From Candidatus Izemoplasma sp. (GTDB lineage: Bacteria; Bacillota_I; Bacilli_A; Izemoplasmatales; Izemoplasmataceae), in assembly GCA_007117625.1 (NCBI GenBank), contig SKGE01000001.1, positions 1-61,160 on the forward strand: a stretch of DNA of 61,160 bases. The letters are read 5' to 3'. The stretch's first letter is position 1. Each line of letters opens with the position of its first letter. This document shows, piece after piece, positions 28,861-37,762 of the stretch. The translations under genes and the position numbers were made by a program. The notes beneath the pieces were generated by a model that saw only the letters and a program-made list of their open reading frames with translations, did not search any database and was not told where the DNA came from.

Positions 28861-29859
28861 ATGATTAAAATAGCCATTGATGCCATGGGCGGTGATTACG
28901 CACCGAAAGAACAAGTTGAAGGTGCGATGCTAGCGATTAAAAAAATTGCGGATATAGAGATTGTATTATATGGGGACCCACGAGCGATAAAGAAGTATTT
29001 AACCGATGATACACGGATTCAAATCATTGAATCTAAAGGTACGATTGACATGGGGGAAAAGGACCCGATTTCAGCGATTCGTAATAACCGTAAAAGTTCT
29101 ATGGCACTTGCGTTATCAAGTGTTCGTAGCGGTGATAATGATGCGATTGTTTCCAGTGGTGCGACGCAAGCTTTAATTGCTGGAGCGCATATTTTGGTGG
29201 GGCGGATGAAACAGATGAAACGCACAGCTATAGCACCTGTGATTCCTACTGTTTCTGGAAAACCGGTAATTTTACTTGATACTGGAGGCAATCTTGAAAT
29301 TCGTCCAGAATTTATGCTTCAGCAAGCACACTTTGCGACGATTTATGCTAAGGAGATTTTGGAACTTGAAAACCCAAAAGTTGGATTGATTAACATTGGG
29401 ACAGAAGATGGTAAGGGCCGTCAGTTAGATAAAGAGGCTTTTGATTTATTCAAGGAAAATAAAGATATTAATTTTGTCGGTAATGTTGAGCCAAAAGTAG
29501 TTTTAGATCCACCATGTGATGTTTTAATTAGTGATGGTTTTACTGCTAATATCGTTATGAAAACATTAGAGGGAACGGCTAAAGGCATTGGTTCGATGTT
29601 AAAAGAAGAACTTAAACGTGGCTTTTTCGGAAAACTTGGGTTGTTATTATCTGTGAAGAACTTGAAACGTTTTAAAAAACGTTTAGCACCTGAAGAAATT
29701 GGCGGTGCGATGATTTACGGTCTAAAAGGTGTTGTGATTAAGGCACAAGGTTCTTCTAAAGCGGTAGGGTTTTACAATGGCATTCGACAAGCGGCCAATG
29801 TGGTGCGCCAAGATGTTATTAAAAAAGTATCAGAAGTATTGGAAAAAGAGGTCGAGTAA
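28861..29859 (+). CDS. plsX: Phosphate acyltransferase PlsX
   Basis: IAIDAMGGDYAP N-terminus, 332 aa. RBS GAGGTG. Confidence 0.95.
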   Translation: MIKIAIDAMGGDYAPKEQVEGAMLAIKKIADIEIVLYGDPRAIKKYLTDDTRIQIIESKGTIDMGEKDPISAIRNNRKSSMALALSSVRSGDNDAIVSSGATQALIAGAHILVGRMKQMKRTAIAPVIPTVSGKPVILLDTGGNLEIRPEFMLQQAHFATIYAKEILELENPKVGLINIGTEDGKGRQLDKEAFDLFKENKDINFVGNVEPKVVLDPPCDVLISDGFTANIVMKTLEGTAKGIGSMLKEELKRGFFGKLGLLLSVKNLKRFKKRLAPEEIGGAMIYGLKGVVIKAQGSSKAVGFYNGIRQAANVVRQDVIKKVSEVLEKEVE

Positions 29860-29861
29860 GT

Positions 29862-30542
29862 ATGGATAAACTTGTCCAGTTTTTTGATATTAAGTTTAAT
29901 GATGAAAAGTTGTTGGAAAAGTCTATGACGCATTCTTCTTATGCGAATGAACATCAAAAAGAGTCAAATGAGAGACTTGAGTTTGTGGGTGATGCGGTTT
30001 TAGACTTAATTGTTGGAACGTATTTATATGAGACGCATAAAGAATATCGTGAAGGAGAACTGACGAAGCGCCGTGCACGGTACGTATGTGAGAGTGCATT
30101 GGTAGACTATGCAAAAGCTTGTAATCTCGGGGATTATTTATTGTTAGGGCATGGTGAAGAGAAAACCGGTGGACGCACCCGCGCAGCATTACTTGCGGAT
30201 GCTTTCGAAGCTTTCGTTGGTGCTGTCTTTTTGGATAAGGGGTATGAGGAGGTTCATAAAATTGCTGAAAAAGTGGTTTTTCCGCTTATCGAAGAAGACC
30301 GTACAAATGACTTTACCGATTTTAAGTCTCATCTTCAAGAGTTGGTGCAATCGGATAAGCGTTCTTTAGAATACCGCCTCATCTCTGAAATTGGACCATC
30401 ACACAGTAAAACATTTGTTATTCGTGTTTATATGGATGATATTTTAATGGGTGAAGGTGAAGGTCATAGTAAAAAAGAAGCAGAACAAAACGCTGCTGAA
30501 ATTGCTCTGAAGAAGTTAGCAAAAAAAAGTATTAAGTTCTAA
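29862..30542 (+). CDS. rnc: Ribonuclease III
   Basis: Signature ERLEFVGDAVLD and a C-terminal dsRBD (SKKEAEQNAA). Confidence 0.95.
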   Translation: MDKLVQFFDIKFNDEKLLEKSMTHSSYANEHQKESNERLEFVGDAVLDLIVGTYLYETHKEYREGELTKRRARYVCESALVDYAKACNLGDYLLLGHGEEKTGGRTRAALLADAFEAFVGAVFLDKGYEEVHKIAEKVVFPLIEEDRTNDFTDFKSHLQELVQSDKRSLEYRLISEIGPSHSKTFVIRVYMDDILMGEGEGHSKKEAEQNAAEIALKKLAKKSIKF

Positions 30543-30552
30543 GGATGATTGG

Positions 30553-31173
30553 ATGAAACAAGTATTTAAGCTATTAGTGGCAGAAGGTGTACTTGATTTT
30601 TCGAAGTTAGTCATGCGGTATTACCATAAGCTAAATCTTAATGAAAACGAAGCAATTGCACTGATTAAATTGCATCATTTATTGATGGAAAAACAAGGCA
30701 TCATTAAGCCTGAGAAATTTTCTAAATGGTTGTCAAAAACCCCTAAAGAAACCACGCAGATTTTAGAGTCGCTAATGGAGAAAGGGTTTCTTAAAATTAC
30801 AACTTATGAAACCACAAACGGTAAAGAACAAGAAACCTTTACCATCGACTATTTTATCGATAAAGTCATACATTACCTTGATAAAAAAGCATCGAATGCG
30901 CAAACATCATATGTCCAAGAAGTCGTTGAGTTTATCGAAGATACTTTACAAAAGCCTTTAAGTCCATTGGACATTGAACTTGTCACGGAATGGCTTGAAG
31001 ACGATCAATACAGCTATGAGATGATTAAAGAAGCGACGCTTGAGGTTTTAAAACGCAAATATCCCTCAGTTAGAATGATTGATCAAATTTTAGTTAAGAA
31101 GCTAGACGCAGTACAAACCTCCCCTAAGAAAAAGGATGTTTTAAAGGAGTTTCATCAGTTATGGGAAGAGTAG
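30553..31173 (+). CDS. dnaD: DnaD-domain replication/primosome protein
   Basis: Winged-helix N-terminal part plus a C-terminal DnaD-like repeat (ELVTEWLEDDQYSYEMIKEA). Followed by nth, as in the Bacillus dnaD-nth pair. Confidence 0.65.
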   Translation: MKQVFKLLVAEGVLDFSKLVMRYYHKLNLNENEAIALIKLHHLLMEKQGIIKPEKFSKWLSKTPKETTQILESLMEKGFLKITTYETTNGKEQETFTIDYFIDKVIHYLDKKASNAQTSYVQEVVEFIEDTLQKPLSPLDIELVTEWLEDDQYSYEMIKEATLEVLKRKYPSVRMIDQILVKKLDAVQTSPKKKDVLKEFHQLWEE

Positions 31174-31784
31174 AGCGTGTATTAGAAACCCTAGATGCGA
31201 TGTTTCCTGAAGCGTTCTGTGAACTCAACCATACCAATGCTTTAGAATTATTGATTGCGGTCATGTTAAGTGCGCAAACAACTGATGCATCGGTCAATCG
31301 TTTAACGGTTCGGTTATTTGAAAAGTATCGCACGCTAGATGACTATATTCACACACCGCTAGCCACCCTTGAAAATGATTTAAGACAAATAGGTCTTTAT
31401 AAGAATAAAGCCAAAAATGTACAGAAAGCTTGTTTGGTAATAAAGGAAAAGTACCAAGGTAAAGTTCCCGCAAGTCAAGCGGAGCTTGAAGCTTTACCAG
31501 GGGTTGGAAGAAAGACGGCGAACGTTGTCTTAAGCGTTTGGTTCGATGTTCCAAGAATAGCGGTAGATACACATGTAGAGCGTGTTTCTAAACGATTAAA
31601 ACTTGCTTATAATAAAGATAGTGTGCTCAAAGTAGAAGAAAAACTAATGCGAAAAATTCCTAAAAACCTCTGGTCTAAAACACACCATCAAATGATTTTT
31701 TTTGGACGGTATCACTGCACGGCTAAAAATCCGAAATGTGCCATCTGTCCACTACAAGATATTTGCAGGTATCCAAACATTTAA
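31161..31784 (+). CDS. nth: Endonuclease III
   Basis: HhH-GPD (LPGVGRKTANVV, catalytic K and D). 4Fe-4S Cx6Cx2Cx5C (CTAKNPKCAICPLQDIC). Confidence 0.95.
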   Translation: MGRVERVLETLDAMFPEAFCELNHTNALELLIAVMLSAQTTDASVNRLTVRLFEKYRTLDDYIHTPLATLENDLRQIGLYKNKAKNVQKACLVIKEKYQGKVPASQAELEALPGVGRKTANVVLSVWFDVPRIAVDTHVERVSKRLKLAYNKDSVLKVEEKLMRKIPKNLWSKTHHQMIFFGRYHCTAKNPKCAICPLQDICRYPNI

Positions 31785-31822
31785 ACTTATTTGAAAAAAA
31801 GCTAAAAAATTACAAATAAGCA

Positions 31823-31850
31823 TTGACAGATTTTCAAAAAAGCATACAAT
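31823..31850 (+). promoter_or_regulatory. Near-consensus promoter upstream of the XRE-family regulator
   Basis: TTGACA - 16 nt - TACAAT. Confidence 0.6.
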
Positions 31851-31867
31851 AATACTTGGTTCAAATT

Positions 31868-31903
31868 AGAGGGGTATTTCTCAACCTACCTCTCTTTTAT
31901 TTT
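31868..31903 (+). terminator. Intrinsic-terminator-like hairpin inside the regulator leader
   Basis: AGAGGGGTA-10 nt-TACCTCTCT (9 bp, one G-U) followed by TTTATTTT. Lies ~18 nt after the -10 box and ~50 nt before the ATG. Confidence 0.5.
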
Positions 31904-31953
31904 GCCTAATTCATATACAATATTAACCAAGTCAAATTTACGCAGGAGGAGAT

Positions 31954-33228
31954 ATGAATTTAAAAAGTTTAAATGCTAAAATAGCGCAAAAAAATAAGGA
32001 TGAGTACTATTCAGAGTATGCTTTAATCGGCGACGCTATTAAGAAACGAAGGTTAGAAATTAATGACACACAAACGCTGGTAGCAAAGGGGGTATGCAGT
32101 GTCAGTTATCTCTCTAAAGTTGAGAATAATAAAATGGTGCCAAGTCACCAAGTTGTTGAGAAATTATCAGAAAGATTAAACATCGATGTCATGAGCCTTA
32201 TTCCTAACGGTCTAGGAAACAAATTGTTGATCGAAGGCATGAAGTGTTTTTATAACGAAGATTTAGAAGCTTTGCTGAACATTGAAGAAGCTGTTTTAAA
32301 AACACAACATCAGCAACTTATCGAGGTTTATAAGATGTTGGTCAGTTATATGAGCGATCAGTTGTTAGATGCTCAAAGCCGAATGCTAGATTTAGAGTTA
32401 AGAGTGATGAGCATGGACAAAAAAACATTGCAAGTATATCTCGTTGTCTCAAGCTTTATTCTGTATGATTTAGAATCTTTTGATAAAGCCTTCCAAGCAG
32501 TGAACATGTTAGGGCGGTTTGAACAACTTTTACCTTATGTAGAAGCGCTTAAATCAGGAATGATGGGAGCAATTTATGCAAAGTTTGATATGGCTGTTGA
32601 AGCTGATTTGTGCTTTAAAAATGCACTTAACTTCATGCGTACTGAAGACAACTACAAGCGTGAACTTGACATTAAATTATCAGGGTATTTAGCAGTACAT
32701 GCATGTAGTGATATAAGTATTGATGATTATCAAATTGAAAACGATACGGTGCCTGTCCCAGAGGCATTAAAGCGAAAATATGCTTACGTGAAGGCAGAGA
32801 TGACAAAAGAGCTTGCATTGACCACTGATTATGTCACCTATTTATCGAAATACATGGATTGTACAAGAGACGTTTGGTCGTACAAAAATGCATTAGCGAT
32901 TTTAGTTAATGGTGTAGAAAGTCTAGCGTTGAAGGCTGAAATTGATGCACTTTTTAGTCATCCGAATGCAAAAAAGTATGCGATTTTAGAGTTCGTTGAA
33001 TATACCTTGTTTTCTATGAAAGATCTCGATGCGCGTAAACAGTACCTTAAAGAAGTTGCTTATCCTTTAGCACTTGAACATTTCGATGTAGTCTACATGA
33101 AAAAGTATACAAAAGAACTTATGGCGCTTGCGAATCATAATTCACGGTATAAGGAAGCTATGAGTTATTTAAAACGCCTTGAAAAACATCAAGATCAAAT
33201 TTCAAAAGTCTTAAATGTGGTGGTTTAG
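31954..33228 (+). CDS. XRE-family HTH regulator with a ~350-aa helical-repeat (TPR-like) C-terminal domain
   Basis: HTH TQTLVAKGVCSVSYLSKVENNKMVPS. The remainder is helix-rich with no catalytic motif. RBS GGAGGAG. Confidence 0.75.
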   Translation: MNLKSLNAKIAQKNKDEYYSEYALIGDAIKKRRLEINDTQTLVAKGVCSVSYLSKVENNKMVPSHQVVEKLSERLNIDVMSLIPNGLGNKLLIEGMKCFYNEDLEALLNIEEAVLKTQHQQLIEVYKMLVSYMSDQLLDAQSRMLDLELRVMSMDKKTLQVYLVVSSFILYDLESFDKAFQAVNMLGRFEQLLPYVEALKSGMMGAIYAKFDMAVEADLCFKNALNFMRTEDNYKRELDIKLSGYLAVHACSDISIDDYQIENDTVPVPEALKRKYAYVKAEMTKELALTTDYVTYLSKYMDCTRDVWSYKNALAILVNGVESLALKAEIDALFSHPNAKKYAILEFVEYTLFSMKDLDARKQYLKEVAYPLALEHFDVVYMKKYTKELMALANHNSRYKEAMSYLKRLEKHQDQISKVLNVVV

Positions 33229-33272
33229 ATTGCTCTAAAGATGCTATAATTGTATTTGGACGGAGTGATACT

Positions 33273-34703
33273 ATGAGTAAAGAACGCAGCGCTATGCTCG
33301 GCGGCATGGATGTCAAAAAACTATTGATTAAATTAGCGATTCCAGCAACTGTCGCGATGATGGCAAATGCACTTTATAATCTCGTTGATACGATTTTTGT
33401 TGCACGAGGCGCAGGAGAAATAGCGATTGGTGCTTTGGCGATTGTCTTTCCTATCCAAATGATTGTGATGGCAATTGGTTTAATGATTGGGATGGGGAGT
33501 GCCTCTGTTTTTTCTAGAGCCTATGGTCGAGGCGATCAAGAATCGATGACGCGCGTGGTAAATACAGCACTTCTTTTAAATATAGTTATCTCGGTTTTAA
33601 TTACAATTATTAGTTTAATATTTGTCGATGAGCTGTTGATATTTTTTGGAGCGACAGTTGGCGAAAATTTTGATTATGCCAAAGAGTATATTGTTTTAAT
33701 CTTAATTGGGTTGGTACCTTTTTCGAGTGCGATTGTGCTTAATAACCTAACTAGAGCTGAAGGACGTGCAAATGTTGCGATGATTTCGCTTTTGATCGGT
33801 GCCTTAGTAAATATTGCTTTAGATCCGATTTTTATTTTTGATTGGGGCTTTGGGCTAGGTGTTCAAGGGGCAGCACTCGCAACATTGATCGCAAAATCAA
33901 TGTCATTTATATATGTCTTTAGAGAAGCTATTTCAAAACGTTCAGCACTCAATATTAAGCTTAAAACAATCCATAAGTTTGACTTTAAAATGACGCGAGA
34001 AATAGCTGCGATTGGGGCGCCTACTTTTGTGCGAAATACACTCGGTGCGGTATTGGTCATCATTATCAATAATTTGATTAATTATTACGCAGCCTTATCC
34101 GGGGTAAGTCCAGGGATCTATATATCGATTTATGGAGTGATCAACCGAATGATTATGTTTTTGTTGCTACCAGGATTTGGTTTGGTGCAAGGGTTGATTC
34201 CGATTGTTGGGTTCAATTTTGGCGCAAAGTTCCATCGTCGATTGTATGAAGTTATTGCCTACGGTGTGAAACTAATCTTTATTTACTTCGTTGCAATTTT
34301 TGTGATTACGCTAATCTTTGCTGAAGCTTTATTTGTGTTATTCAGTCGGGATGGCGATATGTTTTTCATTAAAGAAGGGGCACAAGCGTTTCGAATTATT
34401 TCGGTTGGCTTTACGATGATTGGGTTCCAAGTTGTTTTATCGAGTGTGTATCAAGCGATGGGATACCCAGTTCGAGCGTTTTTAGTGGCCTTGTCTAGGC
34501 AGTTTATTTTATTTATTCCACTTGTCTTTTTTTTAACGTGGTTTATGCAACGATACTATGATAATGGTATTGCAGGAATTTGGTTAACTTTCTTAGTTGC
34601 AGACCTTTTGGCAGGAACTTTATCTCTGTTTATTTATCGATATGAGATGCGCGATTTGAAACGTAAGATCCCTGAAGCGGATTTACGCGCTATGAAAGCA
34701 TAA
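33273..34703 (+). CDS. MATE-family efflux transporter
   Basis: 476 aa, 12 TM, N-terminal LAIPATVAMMANALYNLVDTIFV typical of MATE/NorM. Own extended -10 TGcTATAAT at 33242-33250. Confidence 0.9.
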   Translation: MSKERSAMLGGMDVKKLLIKLAIPATVAMMANALYNLVDTIFVARGAGEIAIGALAIVFPIQMIVMAIGLMIGMGSASVFSRAYGRGDQESMTRVVNTALLLNIVISVLITIISLIFVDELLIFFGATVGENFDYAKEYIVLILIGLVPFSSAIVLNNLTRAEGRANVAMISLLIGALVNIALDPIFIFDWGFGLGVQGAALATLIAKSMSFIYVFREAISKRSALNIKLKTIHKFDFKMTREIAAIGAPTFVRNTLGAVLVIIINNLINYYAALSGVSPGIYISIYGVINRMIMFLLLPGFGLVQGLIPIVGFNFGAKFHRRLYEVIAYGVKLIFIYFVAIFVITLIFAEALFVLFSRDGDMFFIKEGAQAFRIISVGFTMIGFQVVLSSVYQAMGYPVRAFLVALSRQFILFIPLVFFLTWFMQRYYDNGIAGIWLTFLVADLLAGTLSLFIYRYEMRDLKRKIPEADLRAMKA

Positions 34704-34741
34704 AAAAACCCTATTGACATTAGACTGTCGATAGGGTTTTT
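34702..34741. terminator. Bidirectional intrinsic terminator
   Basis: CCCTATTGACA-ttagac-TGTCGATAGGG flanked by A7 and T5. Confidence 0.8.
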
Positions 34742-34743
34742 GC

Positions 34744-35748
34744 TTACATACTTTTGATAATTTTATTGGCGAGTCCTAGATAGTCAATACCGATAGGCTC
34801 GTGGACATCAAATAAACTATGGTGACCACTTTGTGGTTGTCCGATAGGGATTTGTGCGATTAAATCAGTGTCTAGTTTCTCTGCGACACGTTTTCCGCCA
34901 CCCTCACCAAAGATGTTTATGCGCTCTTCTTTATGGGTGAAGAAACTCATGTTTTCAACAACGCCGATAAGTTCGTGTTTAAGTTCTTTTGCGGCATAAC
35001 CGGCTTTGATGGCTACGTGTGATGCACTAGGATGTGGGGTTGTGATAATCAGCATTTGTGATTGTGGAATAAGTTTTTGAATATCCATCGCCACATCACC
35101 TGTTCCTGGGGGTAAGTCTACGACCATATATTCAATTGCTTCATCCCATGCAATGTCGTAGAAAAAGTGGTTAAGCATTTTTCCAAGCATCGGTCCACGC
35201 CACATCAAAGGTTTTTCATCTCTTAAGAAAAATTCCGTAGAAATGATTTCAATCCCTTCTTTTACAAAGGGAATAATTTTCTCATCCGCATTTGCTTTTG
35301 GAAGTTGAATATCCATGTCGAAAATGGTTGGAATACTACTTCCGTACACATCAGCATCAATAAGACCGACTTTTTTTCCGAGTCGTGTGAGTGCTAGCGC
35401 TAAGTTTGCAGCAACGGTTGATTTACCAACGCCACCTTTACCACTTGCGATACCAATATATTTGACCTCTCGAGACTTTGATAAAATACTGTTATCAAGT
35501 TTCAACAGTTGGAAATCGATTTTTAGGCCTTTGTATTTCAAGTCTAATTTTATAATTTTTGCTAATGAACGCGTAACAACTTGTTTGGTTTTATCATCGA
35601 CTTCATTGAGTCCGATTACAAGATTTACGGATTCTTTTTCATCATCGATTGCAACGTGTTTAACTCCGTTTGTTTCACCGAGTGTTTTTTCCGATGATGG
35701 ATCGATGACTAAAGCTATTTTTTCTTTTGTTTCTTTAATTTTGTCCAT
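34744..35748 (-). CDS. Mrp/ApbC/NBP35-family P-loop ATPase with an N-terminal DUF59-like domain
   Basis: Deviant Walker A SGKGGVGKST, then DLPPGTGD and VENMS. The translation contains no Cys at all. Confidence 0.85.
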   Translation of the reverse strand: MDKIKETKEKIALVIDPSSEKTLGETNGVKHVAIDDEKESVNLVIGLNEVDDKTKQVVTRSLAKIIKLDLKYKGLKIDFQLLKLDNSILSKSREVKYIGIASGKGGVGKSTVAANLALALTRLGKKVGLIDADVYGSSIPTIFDMDIQLPKANADEKIIPFVKEGIEIISTEFFLRDEKPLMWRGPMLGKMLNHFFYDIAWDEAIEYMVVDLPPGTGDVAMDIQKLIPQSQMLIITTPHPSASHVAIKAGYAAKELKHELIGVVENMSFFTHKEERINIFGEGGGKRVAEKLDTDLIAQIPIGQPQSGHHSLFDVHEPIGIDYLGLANKIIKSM

Positions 35749-35801
35749 TTTATCACCCTATGTCATTATAGTATAGCGCACTATTTACTGCAAATAATAC
35801 A

Positions 35802-36947
35802 CTAAAGAATTATGACGGGGTTAAACTCTTTTTCGAAGTTGTTTTCTTGTTTGACTAAATCATAGATTTTGGTAATGGTTAACTCATATTTTAAGTAGGG
35901 ATGTTTCTCTCGTTCTATTTTTGTAATTAAAGGGGTTTCGATATCTTTTTTGATTTGATTCAAGTAGTTTTGGCCGGTTTTTGACATACCTAAAACGCGT
36001 ATATAAGGTGGGTTAAAGTCTGTTAAATCACTTTTGTTGGTACCGATTAACATATGCATAAGTGCGCGTTTGATCTTAGATTTTGTGTAACGTGCACTGG
36101 TTAGTTTTTTAATTAAATCGTCGTAATTTTTTGCTTGAAAATGTTTTAAAAATAGATGTTCTAAGCCTTCTGTAAACCCAAATACTTGATGCAGTTCGGG
36201 ATGTTTAAGATGTGCTAATCGATATGACATATATGGGAACCAATGATTTTGTAAATGGTGTGGTGTTTGTTTTAAGCTTTTGTAGACATAGTCTGGTACG
36301 AAACTTGTGTAGTCTTTACGACTAGCATGTAAGTTTCGAATTGCGGTTGCGCTTTGAATGTGGGTGTTTTCTTTAACGTCATCGTAGTAGTCAGTTTCAA
36401 TCCGTTTTATGGTATGTGGTTTCATCGGACTTTTAAGTTTTTGAATGGCTTTAATGTATTGAATACCTAAGATATTGTTTGGCTGATCGTAATCAGGTAT
36501 GTTTGAGATGTCTTTAAGCGCTAAGTTACTGCTTGTTGGATAGCTTTTTCCCTGGTTTAAATAGTGTTTTAACCGTTCGTTATAAATTTTGGAGTCTAAT
36601 ATGTTTGAAATCGACTCTAGCGGTGCGATCTCTCCTGATTCACTGCCGAAGCAAAGATCACTGACACCGAGTTTATGAAGCAATGCTACACTGGTGTAGG
36701 CAAACAAATCAGCACTTTGTAAGCTGAATAACCCAGGAAGTTCAATGACTAAATCGACGCCTGCTTGTAAAGCCCATTGTGTACGTTCAAACTTATTCAC
36801 GATACTGAATTCTCCGCGCTGTAAAACATGACCACTCATCACGGCGATTAAGACGTCTGGCTTAAGACGTCGTTTTGTTTCGTTGATGTGATGTACGTGT
36901 CCGAAATGTAGCGGATTATATTCGACAACTATACCTGCAATGTTCAT
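35802..36947 (-). CDS. tmcAL: tRNA(Met) cytidine acetate ligase (YlbM/UPF0348 nucleotidyltransferase)
   Basis: N-terminus GIVVEYNPLHFGHVHH. About 380 aa. Divergent from ylbN-rpmF. Confidence 0.8.
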   Translation of the reverse strand: MNIAGIVVEYNPLHFGHVHHINETKRRLKPDVLIAVMSGHVLQRGEFSIVNKFERTQWALQAGVDLVIELPGLFSLQSADLFAYTSVALLHKLGVSDLCFGSESGEIAPLESISNILDSKIYNERLKHYLNQGKSYPTSSNLALKDISNIPDYDQPNNILGIQYIKAIQKLKSPMKPHTIKRIETDYYDDVKENTHIQSATAIRNLHASRKDYTSFVPDYVYKSLKQTPHHLQNHWFPYMSYRLAHLKHPELHQVFGFTEGLEHLFLKHFQAKNYDDLIKKLTSARYTKSKIKRALMHMLIGTNKSDLTDFNPPYIRVLGMSKTGQNYLNQIKKDIETPLITKIEREKHPYLKYELTITKIYDLVKQENNFEKEFNPVIIL

Positions 36948-37042
36948 CTTATCACTCCTAAACCTTGCCTACATTATAACATCATATTTGACTTTATTTA
37001 GAATTAAACTTATAATTTAAACACACCGAGGAGTGATGATCT

Positions 37043-37501
37043 ATGAAGTGGACTTTGTCTGAATTAAAGAAGAAACAATATCAAGAAAATAGCTTTGATG
37101 AAACACTCGATTATAGTGAATTAATCGAGCCTGGGAGCGATTTATTAAAGATTACTCCAGTACGTGTTCAAGGAACCTTTGAGGTTGAAGATCATCAGTA
37201 TTATCATTTTTACTTGAAGATACAAACAACCTTAACGATGGCCTGTGCCATTACACTAGAACCCGTAGAGGTACCACTAGATTTTGAAGTCACAGAAACA
37301 TTTTCTGAAGATGAAAACGATGAATATCGTCAAGTTGATGGAATAACAGTTGACTTATTGCCAATTATATGGTCTAATATATATTTGGAAAAACCTTTGC
37401 GTGTTGTGAGTCCAAACGCAAAGTATGAAAACCCTGAAAAGGAATCATCAGGCAAGAAAATCAATCCTGCCTTCAAGGACTTAGAGAAATACAAACGATA
37501 G
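37043..37501 (+). CDS. yceD: DUF177 protein YceD/YlbN
   Basis: Acidic ~150-aa protein immediately upstream of rpmF, the conserved yceD-rpmF pair. Promoter TTGACT-17-TATAAT at 36991-37019. Confidence 0.8.
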   Translation: MKWTLSELKKKQYQENSFDETLDYSELIEPGSDLLKITPVRVQGTFEVEDHQYYHFYLKIQTTLTMACAITLEPVEVPLDFEVTETFSEDENDEYRQVDGITVDLLPIIWSNIYLEKPLRVVSPNAKYENPEKESSGKKINPAFKDLEKYKR

Positions 37502-37513
37502 GAGGCAACATGT

Positions 37514-37711
37514 ATGGCAGTACCGCAAAGGCGTACTTCGAAAACGCGCAAACGCAAGCGTCGTACCCACTTCAAAATCAGTGTACCGGGAATGGTTGTT
37601 TGTCCAAACTGTGGAGAAATGAAATTATCTCACCGCGTATGTAAAGAATGTGGACATTATGACGGACGTACCGTGATCGAACCAAAAGAAGAAGACATCG
37701 ATGCTGAATAG
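37514..37711 (+). CDS. rpmF: 50S ribosomal protein L32 (Zn-ribbon form)
   Basis: [17 protein letters not shown], then CPNC...CKEC. Confidence 0.95.
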   Translation: MAVPQRRTSKTRKRKRRTHFKISVPGMVVCPNCGEMKLSHRVCKECGHYDGRTVIEPKEEDIDAE

Positions 37712-37722
37712 CATCAAAAAGA

Positions 37723-37749
37723 AGCGCTGAAAACAGCGTTTTTCTTTTA
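37723..37749 (+). terminator. Terminator-like hairpin between rpmF and rsmH
   Basis: AGCGCTG-aaaa-CAGCGTT followed by TTTTCTTTT. It ends 3 nt before the rsmH RBS. Confidence 0.55.
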
Positions 37750-37762
37750 TAAGGAGGTTTTC

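Noticed and set aside
31786-31820. Inverted repeat CTTATTTG...CAAATAAG right after nth, considered as the nth terminator.
   Set aside because: It has an 8-bp AT-rich stem, a 19-nt loop and no downstream T-run. It is too weak to call.
31752-31823. Minus-strand 23-codon hydrophobic sORF (MLICNFLAFFQISLNVWIPANIL), divergent from the XRE-family regulator. It superficially resembles an SHP-type pheromone gene.
   Set aside because: There is no RBS before its ATG, and the ATG sits inside the -35 box of the regulator promoter. It overlaps the 3' end of nth by 33 nt and lacks the usual basic N-terminus. It is most likely a chance ORF.
35315-35776. 153-aa ORF antisense to the Mrp/ApbC gene.
   Set aside because: It lies entirely within a well-supported gene on the other strand. 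Its S/F/L/P-rich, low-complexity composition is typical of antisense frames in AT-rich DNA, and it has no RBS.
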